Positions 37,726 to 47,347 of a stretch of DNA of 52,428 nt are shown piece by piece. Position numbers and translations under genes: made by a program. Source of the DNA: a virus (taxonomy: Duplodnaviria; Caudoviricetes); the IMG/VR virus record IMGVR_UViG_3300033153_009436, positions 1-52,428 of that record. One strand, given 5' to 3'. How positions within the stretch are numbered: the stretch's first letter is position 1; every line of letters starts with the position of its first letter. The notes beneath the pieces were generated by a model. The model had not been told where the DNA came from. It did not search any database and saw nothing but the letters and a program-made list of their open reading frames with translations.

Positions 37726-38675
37726 CTTCTTATTTGTTGAGGAGGTGTATCCATTTCAGATATCTCCATTTTTTCAAATTGTGCTTTAAAGAAACTCATT
37801 CTTGTATCTCCATTTCTAGCTTTTAAAAAATGCATAATTAATGTTCTATCATCTTCAATAATATACCTATCTGGTCCATAAAACTTAATCTTTTGTTTGG
37901 CCGGTCTATTAAGACCTATTAAAGTATCAGCATGTTGTAACATTGCATCTGAACCAAATATATCTGATTCAAGTACATAATTACCATATTTACCATCTGT
38001 TGCTCTATCTGGATTATCTATATTTCTGTTTAGTTGTGATAGACATATTATCATGCATGGATATTGTCTTTTTATTTCAGTAAAGAATTCACCTAATTCA
38101 AATAACATATCTATTCTATTATTTTGATAAGGTGCTCTTTTTACTAATATACTATGATCTAATGTTATCATAGTTTTTTCTTTATGCTCATTAAAATACA
38201 TGTCTACTTGTTCACGCATTTGATTCACTGTCATTGGTCTCCCAATAACATCTACGGGATGTCCCACTCTTTCTTTTGCATATTCATGACATTTATTAAA
38301 AGTATCAGCAGTTAATATACTACCTGCACTACACAATTCTTTATAAGTTTTTCCAGTTATTGATGAAAATTCTCTAATTGCTGAAGTTCTTCCTACCATT
38401 TCAAATTGAAATTGTAATACTCTAAAATTATCATCTGGATTTAATACAAATGATTCTCTTATAATCTGATCTTTAATTAAAGTCTTACCAGATCCCGGTC
38501 TGCCTCCAATTACAGTGAGAGTATTCCATTCTAATCCATCTGTTGTAGCATCATTAAACTTAGGCCACGGAGTGTATATAGATTTTTCTTCTCCATTTTG
38601 CCTATTAAGCATATACTTTAGAGCTTCATTGAAAGATGTATGTTGTCCTTCCCATTTTTTTATTACCTTACTCAT
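37722..38675 (-). CDS. dnaB: DnaB-like replicative helicase (C-terminal RecA domain)
   Basis: GGRPGSGKT, FEM, LDH, SQLNR, LKARNG motifs. Confidence 0.9.
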   Translation of the reverse strand: MSKVIKKWEGQHTSFNEALKYMLNRQNGEEKSIYTPWPKFNDATTDGLEWNTLTVIGGRPGSGKTLIKDQIIRESFVLNPDDNFRVLQFQFEMVGRTSAIREFSSITGKTYKELCSAGSILTADTFNKCHEYAKERVGHPVDVIGRPMTVNQMREQVDMYFNEHKEKTMITLDHSILVKRAPYQNNRIDMLFELGEFFTEIKRQYPCMIICLSQLNRNIDNPDRATDGKYGNYVLESDIFGSDAMLQHADTLIGLNRPAKQKIKFYGPDRYIIEDDRTLIMHFLKARNGDTRMSFFKAQFEKMEISEMDTPPQQIRR

Positions 38676-39271
38676 ACTACTTTCTCTTTAAAGGATTGAT
38701 CATCTGTTTCTACACCTTCCTCAATCATATCACAATAGTCTGCTAGTTCAGAATGTTTTACTTTGTTCTTATCTTCTTTTGATATAAAATATTGACTAGT
38801 TTTCATATACATATATTCTTTATCTTCATATTCATTCACATATTGAGCAGTTGCTTTTAGAATTTGTTCCCAGGAATAATCATACTCTTCAAAAAACCAT
38901 CTAAAGGATTTTTCAAGAGTTTTTATATTTACTCTTGCAGGTTTACCACTAGGTAACTTCCTTGCAGGAAATAGAACTCTATATTTTTGTATACTTTCAA
39001 GAAAAGCTTTACCCATTAATTGAGAATTGGTTTTCTTTTTAGCTTTTATAAAATAATTATCAAAGATTCTAATCAACTTTTCACCTTTAATGGTTATACT
39101 TACTGATCCATCATGATTTACTTTTGTAAGATCTTCTACTAATAATCCCTTAATCTCTAAATGTTGATTAAGTGTGCCATTTAATGAAATCTTATTTTTA
39201 ATCCCAAATAGCAGTAGACATTGATTTGGTGTTATCTTGTTTTTCAGCATCATCTGAAATAGTTCCCACAT
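38672..39271 (-). CDS. Replication-initiator-like protein adjacent to DnaB
   Basis: N-terminal wHTH-like segment, YMKTSQYFI; position upstream of the helicase. Confidence 0.55.
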   Translation of the reverse strand: MWELFQMMLKNKITPNQCLLLFGIKNKISLNGTLNQHLEIKGLLVEDLTKVNHDGSVSITIKGEKLIRIFDNYFIKAKKKTNSQLMGKAFLESIQKYRVLFPARKLPSGKPARVNIKTLEKSFRWFFEEYDYSWEQILKATAQYVNEYEDKEYMYMKTSQYFISKEDKNKVKHSELADYCDMIEEGVETDDQSFKEKVV

Positions 39272-39713
39272 AGTGATTTTTTTTAGAAATTAATATATTT
39301 AAAATTGACCAAAAATATATATCTGTAAATTTTAAATTATTACAGAATAAATAGTTCTCTGCTTGTTTAATAGCATGTATGGTACTGGCGTGGTTTCTTT
39401 TTATATAATTAGCTATAGATACTTTAGTAAATCCACTTTTATGAGCGATATGCTGGAAAGTTTGAGAATATCTTGTAAATTTTGTAGTTCTAAGTCTATT
39501 CTTAAATGAAGTTATATGAAAGAGTGTTGGCTCATCCATATGCATTTTAGCAATTACAATAGATTCAATAAATTTTAAAGACTTTTTATGATAGCAAAAT
39601 TGACTTTTTGTTGAGCCTATCTTTATATCAACAGAAAGACCATATTTATGTTCAAAGTTCTCTATGAATTTTTGAACATCATTGATCATTTCCAATAAAT
39701 TCAGATTGGACAT
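39198..39713 (-). CDS. Protein with a DnaA C-terminal-like HTH
   Basis: IANYIKRNHASTIHAIK resembles DnaA domain IV (IG..FGGRDHTTVLHA). Confidence 0.6.
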   Translation of the reverse strand: MSNLNLLEMINDVQKFIENFEHKYGLSVDIKIGSTKSQFCYHKKSLKFIESIVIAKMHMDEPTLFHITSFKNRLRTTKFTRYSQTFQHIAHKSGFTKVSIANYIKRNHASTIHAIKQAENYLFCNNLKFTDIYFWSILNILISKKNHYVGTISDDAEKQDNTKSMSTAIWD

Positions 39714-39733
39714 ATGTTGGTTTTGAATGTTAA

Positions 39734-39741
39734 CAAATATA
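39734..39741 (-). promoter_or_regulatory. Bacteroidota-type -7 promoter element (TATATTTG)
   Basis: CAAATATA on the + strand, 20 nt upstream of the 39713 start. Confidence 0.6.
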
Positions 39742-39749
39742 AGAAATTT

Positions 39750-40436
39750 TTACCATATTATTGGTAGTTTATCTCTCTTTTTAAGCTCTTCATTTACGTC
39801 ACTGAAGACGTTTTTACAATCCCATTCTCCTCCTTTATAAGCAGCAGATGCAGGATGTGCAACTTTAAATATTTTTTGTTTATCAAGTAATGGTTCCCAT
39901 TCTTCTGCTTTTTTACCCATAAGTATGAATATTCCATCAAAATTATGATTAATATGATCTAGTAATTGAGTAGTGAAAGGTTTCCATAGATCATAATGAG
40001 ATCCAATATTACCTATTTGTGTAGTTAATGCTGTATTAATTGGAAGCACTCCTTGTTTACACCATCTTTTTAAATCTGGATTACACTTATCCCAGTTGTC
40101 CCCGTGTAACGCCTTAAAAATAAATTGTAAGGATTTTTCTGGTTTTCCTTTAATGCTGCAGCTAAATGCTATACCATCTGCAGTATTTAGTTGAGGATAA
40201 GGATCTTGACCTATAATAAATACATTTGTATTGTTATATGATGTTGATTCAAATGCATTAAAAATGTATTTTAGTGGTGGAGTAAATCTGAAACCTTCAT
40301 CTACTTCCTTACGTAAAGTAATAATAAGTTCACTAAAGTCTGAACTGTTCATGAAAAATTTAAGTGCTTTACTCCATTCACTTATTTCTAATTTTTCAGT
40401 AAGTTTTTCACGAATATAATTTACTTCATTATTCAT
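39750..40436 (-). CDS. ung: Uracil-DNA glycosylase (family 1)
   Basis: GQDPYP, ADGIAFS, QGVLPINTALT, HPAS motifs. Confidence 0.93.
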   Translation of the reverse strand: MNNEVNYIREKLTEKLEISEWSKALKFFMNSSDFSELIITLRKEVDEGFRFTPPLKYIFNAFESTSYNNTNVFIIGQDPYPQLNTADGIAFSCSIKGKPEKSLQFIFKALHGDNWDKCNPDLKRWCKQGVLPINTALTTQIGNIGSHYDLWKPFTTQLLDHINHNFDGIFILMGKKAEEWEPLLDKQKIFKVAHPASAAYKGGEWDCKNVFSDVNEELKKRDKLPIIW

Positions 40437-40450
40437 AATTTAAATTTTTA

Positions 40451-40458
40451 TATATTTG
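40451..40458 (+). promoter_or_regulatory. Bacteroidota-type -7 promoter element (TATATTTG)
   Basis: Exact TAnnTTTG match upstream of the counter-oriented + strand ORF(s). Confidence 0.55.
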
Positions 40459-40577
40459 TAAAATGAAATTTCCATTTTTATCAATAGAAGAATTAAATAA
40501 AGCTATTAAATCTCCGGGTCTCCAGAAATTAAAGCTAGAAAATAATAAAAGTTTTATAAAAAAATTACAAGCTGTTT

Positions 40578-41045
40578 ATGACAACCAAGGAACTTAAAAA
40601 ATCAATAATCCCTGATCCAAGTAAAGTATTAAAAGATCTAGAAGTAAATGCAAGTTATATAACTAATCTTCAACAAACTTTAATATTAGTATTATCAACT
40701 GCAACAGAAGCAAAACAAATAACAGATTGTTATGCAAAAATCAATGATCTTTCTAAAAGAATGGCAGATAAAGATAAAGATAAAAAAGAAGATCAGCCAC
40801 CTCTTTCATTTTCTACTTTTGAGACTTCTGTTTTTACATTAATAAGTTTTACAGCTTATTTAAGAGACCAAGCAATTAAACAAAAAGCTGTATTAGAATT
40901 TGAAGGTGATCTTGATATAAAAGATTATAAAGCTAATATTGAATCTTTAATATCAGCATCTCCTGAAAATATTGATGAAGAGATGGGTAAGCTTGCAAAA
41001 AAGATGACAGATGCTCTTACTAAAGTTAATACTACCTCAAATTAG
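40578..41045 (+). CDS. Hypothetical helical protein, counter-oriented within the replication block
   Basis: 155-aa ORF with no long competing - strand ORF. Confidence 0.75.
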   Translation: MTTKELKKSIIPDPSKVLKDLEVNASYITNLQQTLILVLSTATEAKQITDCYAKINDLSKRMADKDKDKKEDQPPLSFSTFETSVFTLISFTAYLRDQAIKQKAVLEFEGDLDIKDYKANIESLISASPENIDEEMGKLAKKMTDALTKVNTTSN

Positions 41046-41415
41046 TATTACTAAAATCACCATATTCTAATAAAGCTTGAATTACTAAATTTAATTCATC
41101 CTTATCACAATCAGCAAAGGATTTACAGTATTCTGTTTTATTTTTTACCATACATAGGCCTGCTTTTCTTTTAGTTAGTAATTTTACTTCTTCAAAAGTA
41201 TATCCTAACACATTAGCCAGCTCTTTAATCATGACATGAACTTTAGCTAGTTGTGCATTAGTCCCTTTTTCACTAGAAACACTAACAAACATTTCTACTT
41301 TAGTTCCTTCAGGAAGTTCTTCTATAAATTTATTATATCTTTTTTCCTGGGTCTTTATATTGTATTCTAACTTTCCACTTTTTTTAGTAAGATTAGCCTG
41401 TATATTATCTTTCAT
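41032..41415 (-). CDS. NinB-like protein
   Basis: TNAQLAKVHVMIKELA...GYTFEEVK...KSFAD...EL pattern. Confidence 0.6.
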   Translation of the reverse strand: MKDNIQANLTKKSGKLEYNIKTQEKRYNKFIEELPEGTKVEMFVSVSSEKGTNAQLAKVHVMIKELANVLGYTFEEVKLLTKRKAGLCMVKNKTEYCKSFADCDKDELNLVIQALLEYGDFSNTNLR

Positions 41416-41737
41416 CTTTTTTTTTATAATTTTTTATTTGATCTCTTATATAACATGCTTCTTCATATTGTTCCAACTCTAATGCTTTTTTAAGTGATAT
41501 ATATAAAGCTTCTTTTTCTGTAATATTAGATTTTGTAATTTGTATTGTCTTATTAGTTTCATCAAAAGGAAAACCTTGTTGTAAACCAAATGTTATTAAA
41601 TGATATAAAGTATTTCTTAAATACTCTGTATGTTTATCTATTTGTCTTTGATTTCTCATAAACATTATTTTTTTACCTACCATAAAGCCTGAAATAAAAC
41701 ATAATATTCCACCTGTTATAATACCTATAACTATCAT
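41405..41737 (-). CDS. Membrane-anchored protein with a C-terminal UVR motif
   Basis: N-terminal TM; LKKALELEQYEEACYIRDQI. Confidence 0.65.
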   Translation of the reverse strand: MIVIGIITGGILCFISGFMVGKKIMFMRNQRQIDKHTEYLRNTLYHLITFGLQQGFPFDETNKTIQITKSNITEKEALYISLKKALELEQYEEACYIRDQIKNYKKKDER

Positions 41738-42051
41738 ACTTTTTTAGGTTTAACTTTATTATAGTTTATTTTTATTATTTCTTCTTCAGCCCATTCATAA
41801 GCTTGTTTAGGATCTTCAAATCCACTCTTACATACATCAGTAACCCAGGCTGTTTTACCCTTTATATATATTGCAGCTATCCATACTGTAGATTTTATTT
41901 TAGATAGTGGACTTACTTGAATCCAATATCCTTCTTTTACCAAGTCCATTAGTTTATCACATACAGTCCAACTACCTGTTGGGTCCCATGATAAGTTATC
42001 TAACATTTCTTCCCGTTGTTGCATAAATAATTCTTTCATTTTTCCCATCAT
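41734..42051 (-). CDS. Hypothetical protein
   Basis: ORF track; ATGA overlaps. Confidence 0.65.
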   Translation of the reverse strand: MMGKMKELFMQQREEMLDNLSWDPTGSWTVCDKLMDLVKEGYWIQVSPLSKIKSTVWIAAIYIKGKTAWVTDVCKSGFEDPKQAYEWAEEEIIKINYNKVKPKKV

Positions 42052-43148
42052 TTTGGATTTAAAGGATTAAAATATTTAATTTTATCTGAGTCAAGATCTT
42101 TTAATGCAGACTTAACCCATTTTTCATCCACAGTGTCTTTATAAGACAAAATATGACAGGTTGCCTTTTGATCAGGATTAAGTCTTAACAATCTACCTAT
42201 TCTTTGTGATGATTTTCTTTCATTTCCATATGAATGCATTATTATACCTTGTTGTAAACCAGGAATATTAACTCCTTCACTTAGTTGCAATACACATGAT
42301 AATTTATCTATTCTACCATCAGAAAATAATTGAAGATTATCTTCAGATTCTGAGTTGCCAGAATGATAACTATGAGAACATACTCTATCAGCTTGTTTGT
42401 GAGTATTTGCAAAGATTATACACTTTTGACCTATGTTTTTAATTAGACCTTTCATATAATTTTCTTTGGTTTTATAATCCATTAATCCTCTCATTCTCAT
42501 TATAGATGCAAACTGCTTCTGTTTTTGAGTTTGAGCATCATATACACGTCCAGTATAATATTCATAGTCTTTATGTTCTGAAGTATACCATTTCTTATCT
42601 TCCTTAGTTTTTTTAGATAATGTCTGAAGTTTAGATAATGTTAATTCATGTACAATTATTTGATAATCATTTAAAATATCTTGATCTGTAGCTTCATCTA
42701 CACTAAACGTGTATACAATAGGACAGTATTTATCTACTAGTCTGTATTTTTCTGATCCACGTCTTTGTGGTGGTGTACCAGTAAGTCCCACAATCTTTCC
42801 TTTAAATTCAGATAAAAATGGTTCATGTGTCTCTAATAAACTATGACATTCATCCAAATACACTATATCAAAATCATTAGGATTATATTTATTTATAGAA
42901 AGATAAGTGCTGAATGTTATATGTTCTGTTAATCTTAAACCCATTTTTACAAGTTCATCAGTCCAAGATTGAAATATTGATTTCTTTGGAGCAACTACCA
43001 ACACTTTTAAAAATGGTTGATAATTTTTCTGCATATGTTGAATTGCTATCCTGGTTTTACCCACTCCCATAGAGATACCTAATCCACATCTATTATGCTT
43101 TAATGTCTCTTGTAAAGCTGCTTCTTGTACTATTTCTTGATTGCTCAT
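42048..43148 (-). CDS. Superfamily II (DExH) helicase
   Basis: MGVGKT, DECH, LTGT, LSEGVN, QRIGRLLR motifs. Confidence 0.9.
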   Translation of the reverse strand: MSNQEIVQEAALQETLKHNRCGLGISMGVGKTRIAIQHMQKNYQPFLKVLVVAPKKSIFQSWTDELVKMGLRLTEHITFSTYLSINKYNPNDFDIVYLDECHSLLETHEPFLSEFKGKIVGLTGTPPQRRGSEKYRLVDKYCPIVYTFSVDEATDQDILNDYQIIVHELTLSKLQTLSKKTKEDKKWYTSEHKDYEYYTGRVYDAQTQKQKQFASIMRMRGLMDYKTKENYMKGLIKNIGQKCIIFANTHKQADRVCSHSYHSGNSESEDNLQLFSDGRIDKLSCVLQLSEGVNIPGLQQGIIMHSYGNERKSSQRIGRLLRLNPDQKATCHILSYKDTVDEKWVKSALKDLDSDKIKYFNPLNPK

Positions 43149-43366
43149 AATTTTTCTCCTTTATATTTTTCTATTTTATCTGGTTGATATTTATTCATAT
43201 AATCTAAGAATGCTTCTTCTATTGTTTCTCCTTTGCCTACATTAGCATCACCATTAAAGTAATTTCCTTCACTCCTATTAAAACAGAACCAAGCTTTTTT
43301 ATAGAAACTGTAATGAAATAATACACTATATAAATCTATTCCAAATATATCTTCAAATTCTGTCAT
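43145..43366 (-). CDS. Hypothetical protein
   Basis: ORF track. Confidence 0.6.
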   Translation of the reverse strand: MTEFEDIFGIDLYSVLFHYSFYKKAWFCFNRSEGNYFNGDANVGKGETIEEAFLDYMNKYQPDKIEKYKGEKL

Positions 43367-43387
43367 TGTTTATTATTTTAAAATTAG

Positions 43388-43460
43388 TAGCGGGTATAGG
43401 ATTTGAACCTATGACCTTCAGGATATGAGCCTGACGAGCTGACCACTGCTCTAACCCGCT
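43388..43460 (-). tRNA. tRNA-Met(CAT), initiator-like
   Basis: Cloverleaf: acceptor AGCGGGT/ACCCGCT, D stem GAGC/GCTC, anticodon arm TCAGG-CTCATAT-CCTGA, T arm ATAGG-TTCAAAT-CCTAT. No encoded CCA. Confidence 0.92.
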
Positions 43461-43464
43461 TAAA

Positions 43465-43713
43465 CTATTCTTTACAAAAGGGATTTTCTTTGTCTGATCC
43501 AGTAAGTTTCATATATATTAATTGACTTCTAAAAGCATCTATAGCTTGTTTATAACCTGCTAATGCAACAATAAGTTGTCTTGTATCTCCAGATTCTTGA
43601 TACTTTTCATATTGATCATCAGCTATAGCTAAAGATCTTCTTCTAAGGTCTCCTATAGTTTTAGTTTCTTTTGTAGATTTTACTGATAACTTATTTTTCT
43701 TTTTTGTTGTCAT
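43465..43713 (-). CDS. Hypothetical protein
   Basis: ORF track. Confidence 0.6.
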   Translation of the reverse strand: MTTKKKNKLSVKSTKETKTIGDLRRRSLAIADDQYEKYQESGDTRQLIVALAGYKQAIDAFRSQLIYMKLTGSDKENPFCKE

Positions 43714-44227
43714 TTTCTTTCTTTTTTATTGATAATAGTTCTCTCCATATATTAAGTTGTTTCCTTTTTAATTCTATTAACTCAAGTGGAATATCTTTTC
43801 TGGTAAGAATAGTATCTCTGTATAGATTATACGCTATATAATGATCAGAATTTAATTCATATGTTCTATTTTCTTCATTTGACCGCCATTTTCTATGATA
43901 TAATTTATGACGTTTAGTGTAACCTGGAGAATTTTCACTATAGGTCTTATAATATTTTTTATAACATTTAATACATTGTGAGGTTAATCCATATATTCCA
44001 CTCTTCTTTTTATAAAAATCACTAAGAACTTTTTCTTCTTTACATGTAAAACAAATTTTAGTTGTAACACCAGAAAGAGGAAATCTACGAGCATTTGCAC
44101 ATTTTTTACATTGTGATGTACAATTATCTAATTGACGCTTATCAGAATGAAAATTATCTAAAGTTTTAAGATTATGACAAGCTATACATTTTTTTCTAAG
44201 AGAGATCTTCTTCTTCACAACATTCAT
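43691..44227 (-). CDS. Cys-rich tandem zinc-ribbon protein (homing-endonuclease-associated type)
   Basis: Two CxxC...F...CxxC repeats and a C-terminal DIPLELIELKR. Start uncertain (44287, 44260 or 44227). Confidence 0.6.
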   Translation of the reverse strand: MNVVKKKISLRKKCIACHNLKTLDNFHSDKRQLDNCTSQCKKCANARRFPLSGVTTKICFTCKEEKVLSDFYKKKSGIYGLTSQCIKCYKKYYKTYSENSPGYTKRHKLYHRKWRSNEENRTYELNSDHYIAYNLYRDTILTRKDIPLELIELKRKQLNIWRELLSIKKKENDNKKEK

Positions 44228-44498
44228 TCTCTTCTCCTTTCCCTGTATAACCAAAGCCATATTCTTTGGCTTCTTGTATATGATCATGTATAAAACTATG
44301 ACATTGTCTACATGCTGCTACCCAGGTGGTTATGTCTAAATGATACTTACCTCTTCCTTTCTTATGATGAATATCTGTAGCTTGTAAACCACAATCACCT
44401 ACTTTTATCTGACACATTGGGTGCTCAAGAAGGAAGTCCTTCCTGAGTTTTGTATAAGCTCTATTGGTCTTGGCCATTTTCTTTGATACTTTTCTCAT
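44196..44498 (-). CDS. Small HNH endonuclease
   Basis: CQ...C...ATDIHH...CRQCHSFIH motif. Confidence 0.8.
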   Translation of the reverse strand: MRKVSKKMAKTNRAYTKLRKDFLLEHPMCQIKVGDCGLQATDIHHKKGRGKYHLDITTWVAACRQCHSFIHDHIQEAKEYGFGYTGKGEENECCEEEDLS

Positions 44499-45007
44499 TT
44501 TACTTGTAAATAATTTTTAGTTAATAATCCTTTTCCCATAAAAAAAAGAATAACATCTTCATACTTAATTCCAAGATCCTTGAATGATATAGTATTTTTA
44601 TATAGATCACATGTATTTTCTACAGGTATATCTAAAATATTTTTTGCAAGTTTACTATTATGAAATACTTTAAATACTTTATTAGCTGATCCATTGCATA
44701 TTACTTGTTTCCAAGCATTAAGTTCTTTTTGACCACGAGTCCATACTTTTCTTATTCTTCTCTTTTTATCCCAATGCATTTTATTCAGATCTTGTTGATT
44801 GTAGACATTTATACCATGAAGAACTCTTTTAAACAGAAAGTGTTGGTAAGGATTTAATTTTGTATAAATTATAGTTTGTTTTGGTTCTTTGACATATAAC
44901 TGATACTCACTTAATATACCCAGGTACATATATTTTTGTTCTATATCAGTTGTTCTAAGATTTTGCTTTAAGTTTTTGAGTGAATTTAATTGGTTTTTAG
45001 TGAACAT
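44495..45007 (-). CDS. Hypothetical protein
   Basis: ORF track. Confidence 0.7.
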   Translation of the reverse strand: MFTKNQLNSLKNLKQNLRTTDIEQKYMYLGILSEYQLYVKEPKQTIIYTKLNPYQHFLFKRVLHGINVYNQQDLNKMHWDKKRRIRKVWTRGQKELNAWKQVICNGSANKVFKVFHNSKLAKNILDIPVENTCDLYKNTISFKDLGIKYEDVILFFMGKGLLTKNYLQVK

Positions 45008-45053
45008 GAGTGTGGGTTTAGAGGGTTATAAAGATAGTAAATTTAATAAGTTT

Positions 45054-45088
45054 AAAAAAATGGGCAGCTCAATTAAGAACTGCCCATT
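45054..45088 (-). terminator. Intrinsic terminator
   Basis: AATGGGCAG...CTGCCCATT stem with a T tract on the - strand. Confidence 0.75.
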
Positions 45089-45147
45089 ATAGAGCTTTTG
45101 GGGTAGTGTTCATTACCAAGGTGCTACCTTGAACCTTACTCTAATTT

Positions 45148-45738
45148 TTATAATTCAAAGGATTCATCTTCTTTTTCTTCCACCTCTTCTAATTCTTCCA
45201 CTTCTTCCACCTCTTCTGTTTTCTCCTCTTCTTCAATATTCTCCTTGATTTTCTCAAGGTCTTCTGCACTTATAGTTACAGCCTTATCTGGTTCATCAGC
45301 ATCTTTAGCTACTGAATCAACTCCTTGAGCTTCTTTAATAGCATCCCCATTTGTATGAGGTATAAGACAATCTTCCTGAAGCCCTGAAGCATCATAGAAT
45401 GTCTTTCTGTAAATTGGCTCACCATGTGAACAACATACAACACCTGTTTCACCAGCTATTTTAAGATCTCTATCAGGTTCATTTGTACTAAATGGTTCAG
45501 TTCCCTCTCTTACAATGATTTGACCTGGTAAGCTTTTTTGCTTTGCTATACCTATGGCATTCAAATCTTCAACAGTACCATGAATTAATGTACTTAAAAC
45601 TGAACTTTTTACCCAACCACTAGCTGAAAATGCTACTTTTTCTTGAGTTATTCTAACATGTCCAAATTCTGGATTGTTTTTAGATTGACGGATTACATTA
45701 CCCAATTCATCAGGCTCAATTGTTACCTTGTTTTTCAT
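45148..45738 (-). CDS. Conserved phage protein with acidic tail (possible SSB/OB fold)
   Basis: Beta-rich N-terminus with GEPIYR, Glu-rich tail ending SFEL, own terminator. Confidence 0.6.
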   Translation of the reverse strand: MKNKVTIEPDELGNVIRQSKNNPEFGHVRITQEKVAFSASGWVKSSVLSTLIHGTVEDLNAIGIAKQKSLPGQIIVREGTEPFSTNEPDRDLKIAGETGVVCCSHGEPIYRKTFYDASGLQEDCLIPHTNGDAIKEAQGVDSVAKDADEPDKAVTISAEDLEKIKENIEEEEKTEEVEEVEELEEVEEKEDESFEL

Positions 45739-45769
45739 TTGTTTTGATTTTTGATTAATAAATGATTAA

Positions 45770-46027
45770 TTATTCTTCTCTATGGAAATCTTCATCCTCT
45801 CTCTTTTGTTCTGAATCAATATCAGTAAGATCAGGTTCAATTTCATGATCTAATTCAGGATCCTTATACTTATTTTTAATATTAAAGGGCTGAAAAAAAG
45901 GATTATTTGTTTCTATAGAGTAACTTGAACTTAAACCAATAAGTTCATGAATGTCATTATCATCAAGCTCAAGATATTGCTCAATAGACAATTCAATAAT
46001 TTTACCATTAGAGAGTTGGTAGATCAT
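45770..46027 (-). CDS. Hypothetical acidic protein
   Basis: ORF track. Confidence 0.7.
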   Translation of the reverse strand: MIYQLSNGKIIELSIEQYLELDDNDIHELIGLSSSYSIETNNPFFQPFNIKNKYKDPELDHEIEPDLTDIDSEQKREDEDFHREE

Positions 46028-46148
46028 TTGTTAATCTTTGAATTCTTCAAAAATAACAAATTAATTTACCTAATTATAGTTTAAATCTTTAACGGTTTAA
46101 AATAGAATGCAGAAATATAGCTATCATTAAACTTGATTGTTATGTTTC

Positions 46149-46397
46149 TTACATGAGTCTTAATAGTTTTCCCTCACGTTTAATATAGTTCTTGTTTTTT
46201 AATTCTTGTATACTTCTATCCACTGTTCTACAACTTACTCCTCCTGTATCAGCAAGAGTTGCTATAGAAGGATAACAAGTTCTACGTTTATTTGCATATA
46301 CGCACAACATGCTGTAAATGGCTTTAGCTTGAAGTGATAATTCTGGATCTGTTATTACGGCATGTGATATAATTCCAAATTTATATTTTTTTGACAT
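46149..46397 (-). CDS. Winged helix-turn-helix protein (HTH_36-like)
   Basis: LSLQAKAIY...CYPSIATLA...TVDRSIQELKNKNYI pattern. Confidence 0.8.
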   Translation of the reverse strand: MSKKYKFGIISHAVITDPELSLQAKAIYSMLCVYANKRRTCYPSIATLADTGGVSCRTVDRSIQELKNKNYIKREGKLLRLM

Positions 46398-46569
46398 GTT
46401 TTCTTCTTACTATAGCAATAACTTCTTCAATAGTCTTTACCTTTTCAAGATCTGGATCATTAAAATCATATTTTATATTGAGAAACTTTCCAAAATTATC
46501 TTGGGTAGGTCCTCTTAAATAATAGTCCTCTTTTTCTTTATTCAATAATTGTACTGAAATTTTAGCCAT
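46381..46569 (-). CDS. Hypothetical protein
   Basis: ORF track. Confidence 0.55.
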   Translation of the reverse strand: MAKISVQLLNKEKEDYYLRGPTQDNFGKFLNIKYDFNDPDLEKVKTIEEVIAIVRRKHVKKI

Positions 46570-46686
46570 TTTTATTGCAACTTTTTATATGCCCTTATTA
46601 CATTTTCTTGTTTTTCTATTTCAGTTTCAGTAGCATATGGATCATCATATAAATATTGTAAATGTCTTTCTAGTTTTTTTAAAAAA

Positions 46687-47193
46687 TTATCGTGTGGCAT
46701 TATTTTTAAGTTTAAAATATTTAATTGAATCTACATTTGGTAATAACTCTAAGTCAGAACTAGCTATTTCTTCTGGTATTATTTCTAATATCCATTTACC
46801 AGCTTTGTTTTTCTTTAAAATGAATAAATCAACTTTAAACTGAGAATAGTATGGATTAAATTTATCATCATCCCAACTACTATCATTTGTTATTTGTCCA
46901 TAAATTCTATCATCTTTATGAAGTAAACCAAAGTCTTTCATTATATCCTTTTCATATATATCACCAGCCCAATAATTTTTAGGAGTTGCTACTACATAAC
47001 AATTTCTATAAAATGGTTCATATACTGTTTTTTGAAGACTCATATTTATTAATAATTCTACTTGACTTGAAGTAAAAACATGTGTTATCATTGATTTAAT
47101 TATATCCTTATTTACAAGTCCTTTAGTAAATATAGGATCAATAATATGATCTACAACTTTTACAGATAAATTATATTTCTCTTTTCTACTCAT
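46687..47193 (-). CDS. Hypothetical protein
   Basis: ORF track. Confidence 0.7.
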   Translation of the reverse strand: MSRKEKYNLSVKVVDHIIDPIFTKGLVNKDIIKSMITHVFTSSQVELLINMSLQKTVYEPFYRNCYVVATPKNYWAGDIYEKDIMKDFGLLHKDDRIYGQITNDSSWDDDKFNPYYSQFKVDLFILKKNKAGKWILEIIPEEIASSDLELLPNVDSIKYFKLKNNATR

Positions 47194-47347
47194 ACTATTT
47201 CTTTTTAATTATTTCCATCTTGAATTTCCAGAATATAATACGGTTGAAAAGATGTAATCCCCCTGGTGTATCTACTTGTACCTTCAAACGATTACTATCT
47301 TTACCCTTTCCTCTATTTTTCCTTATTCTTATCATAATGATTTAGTT

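Noticed and set aside
13145-38675. Inteins or introns in nrdJ, polB or dnaB
   Set aside because: Motif spacing is compact, with no splicing motifs or frame interruptions.
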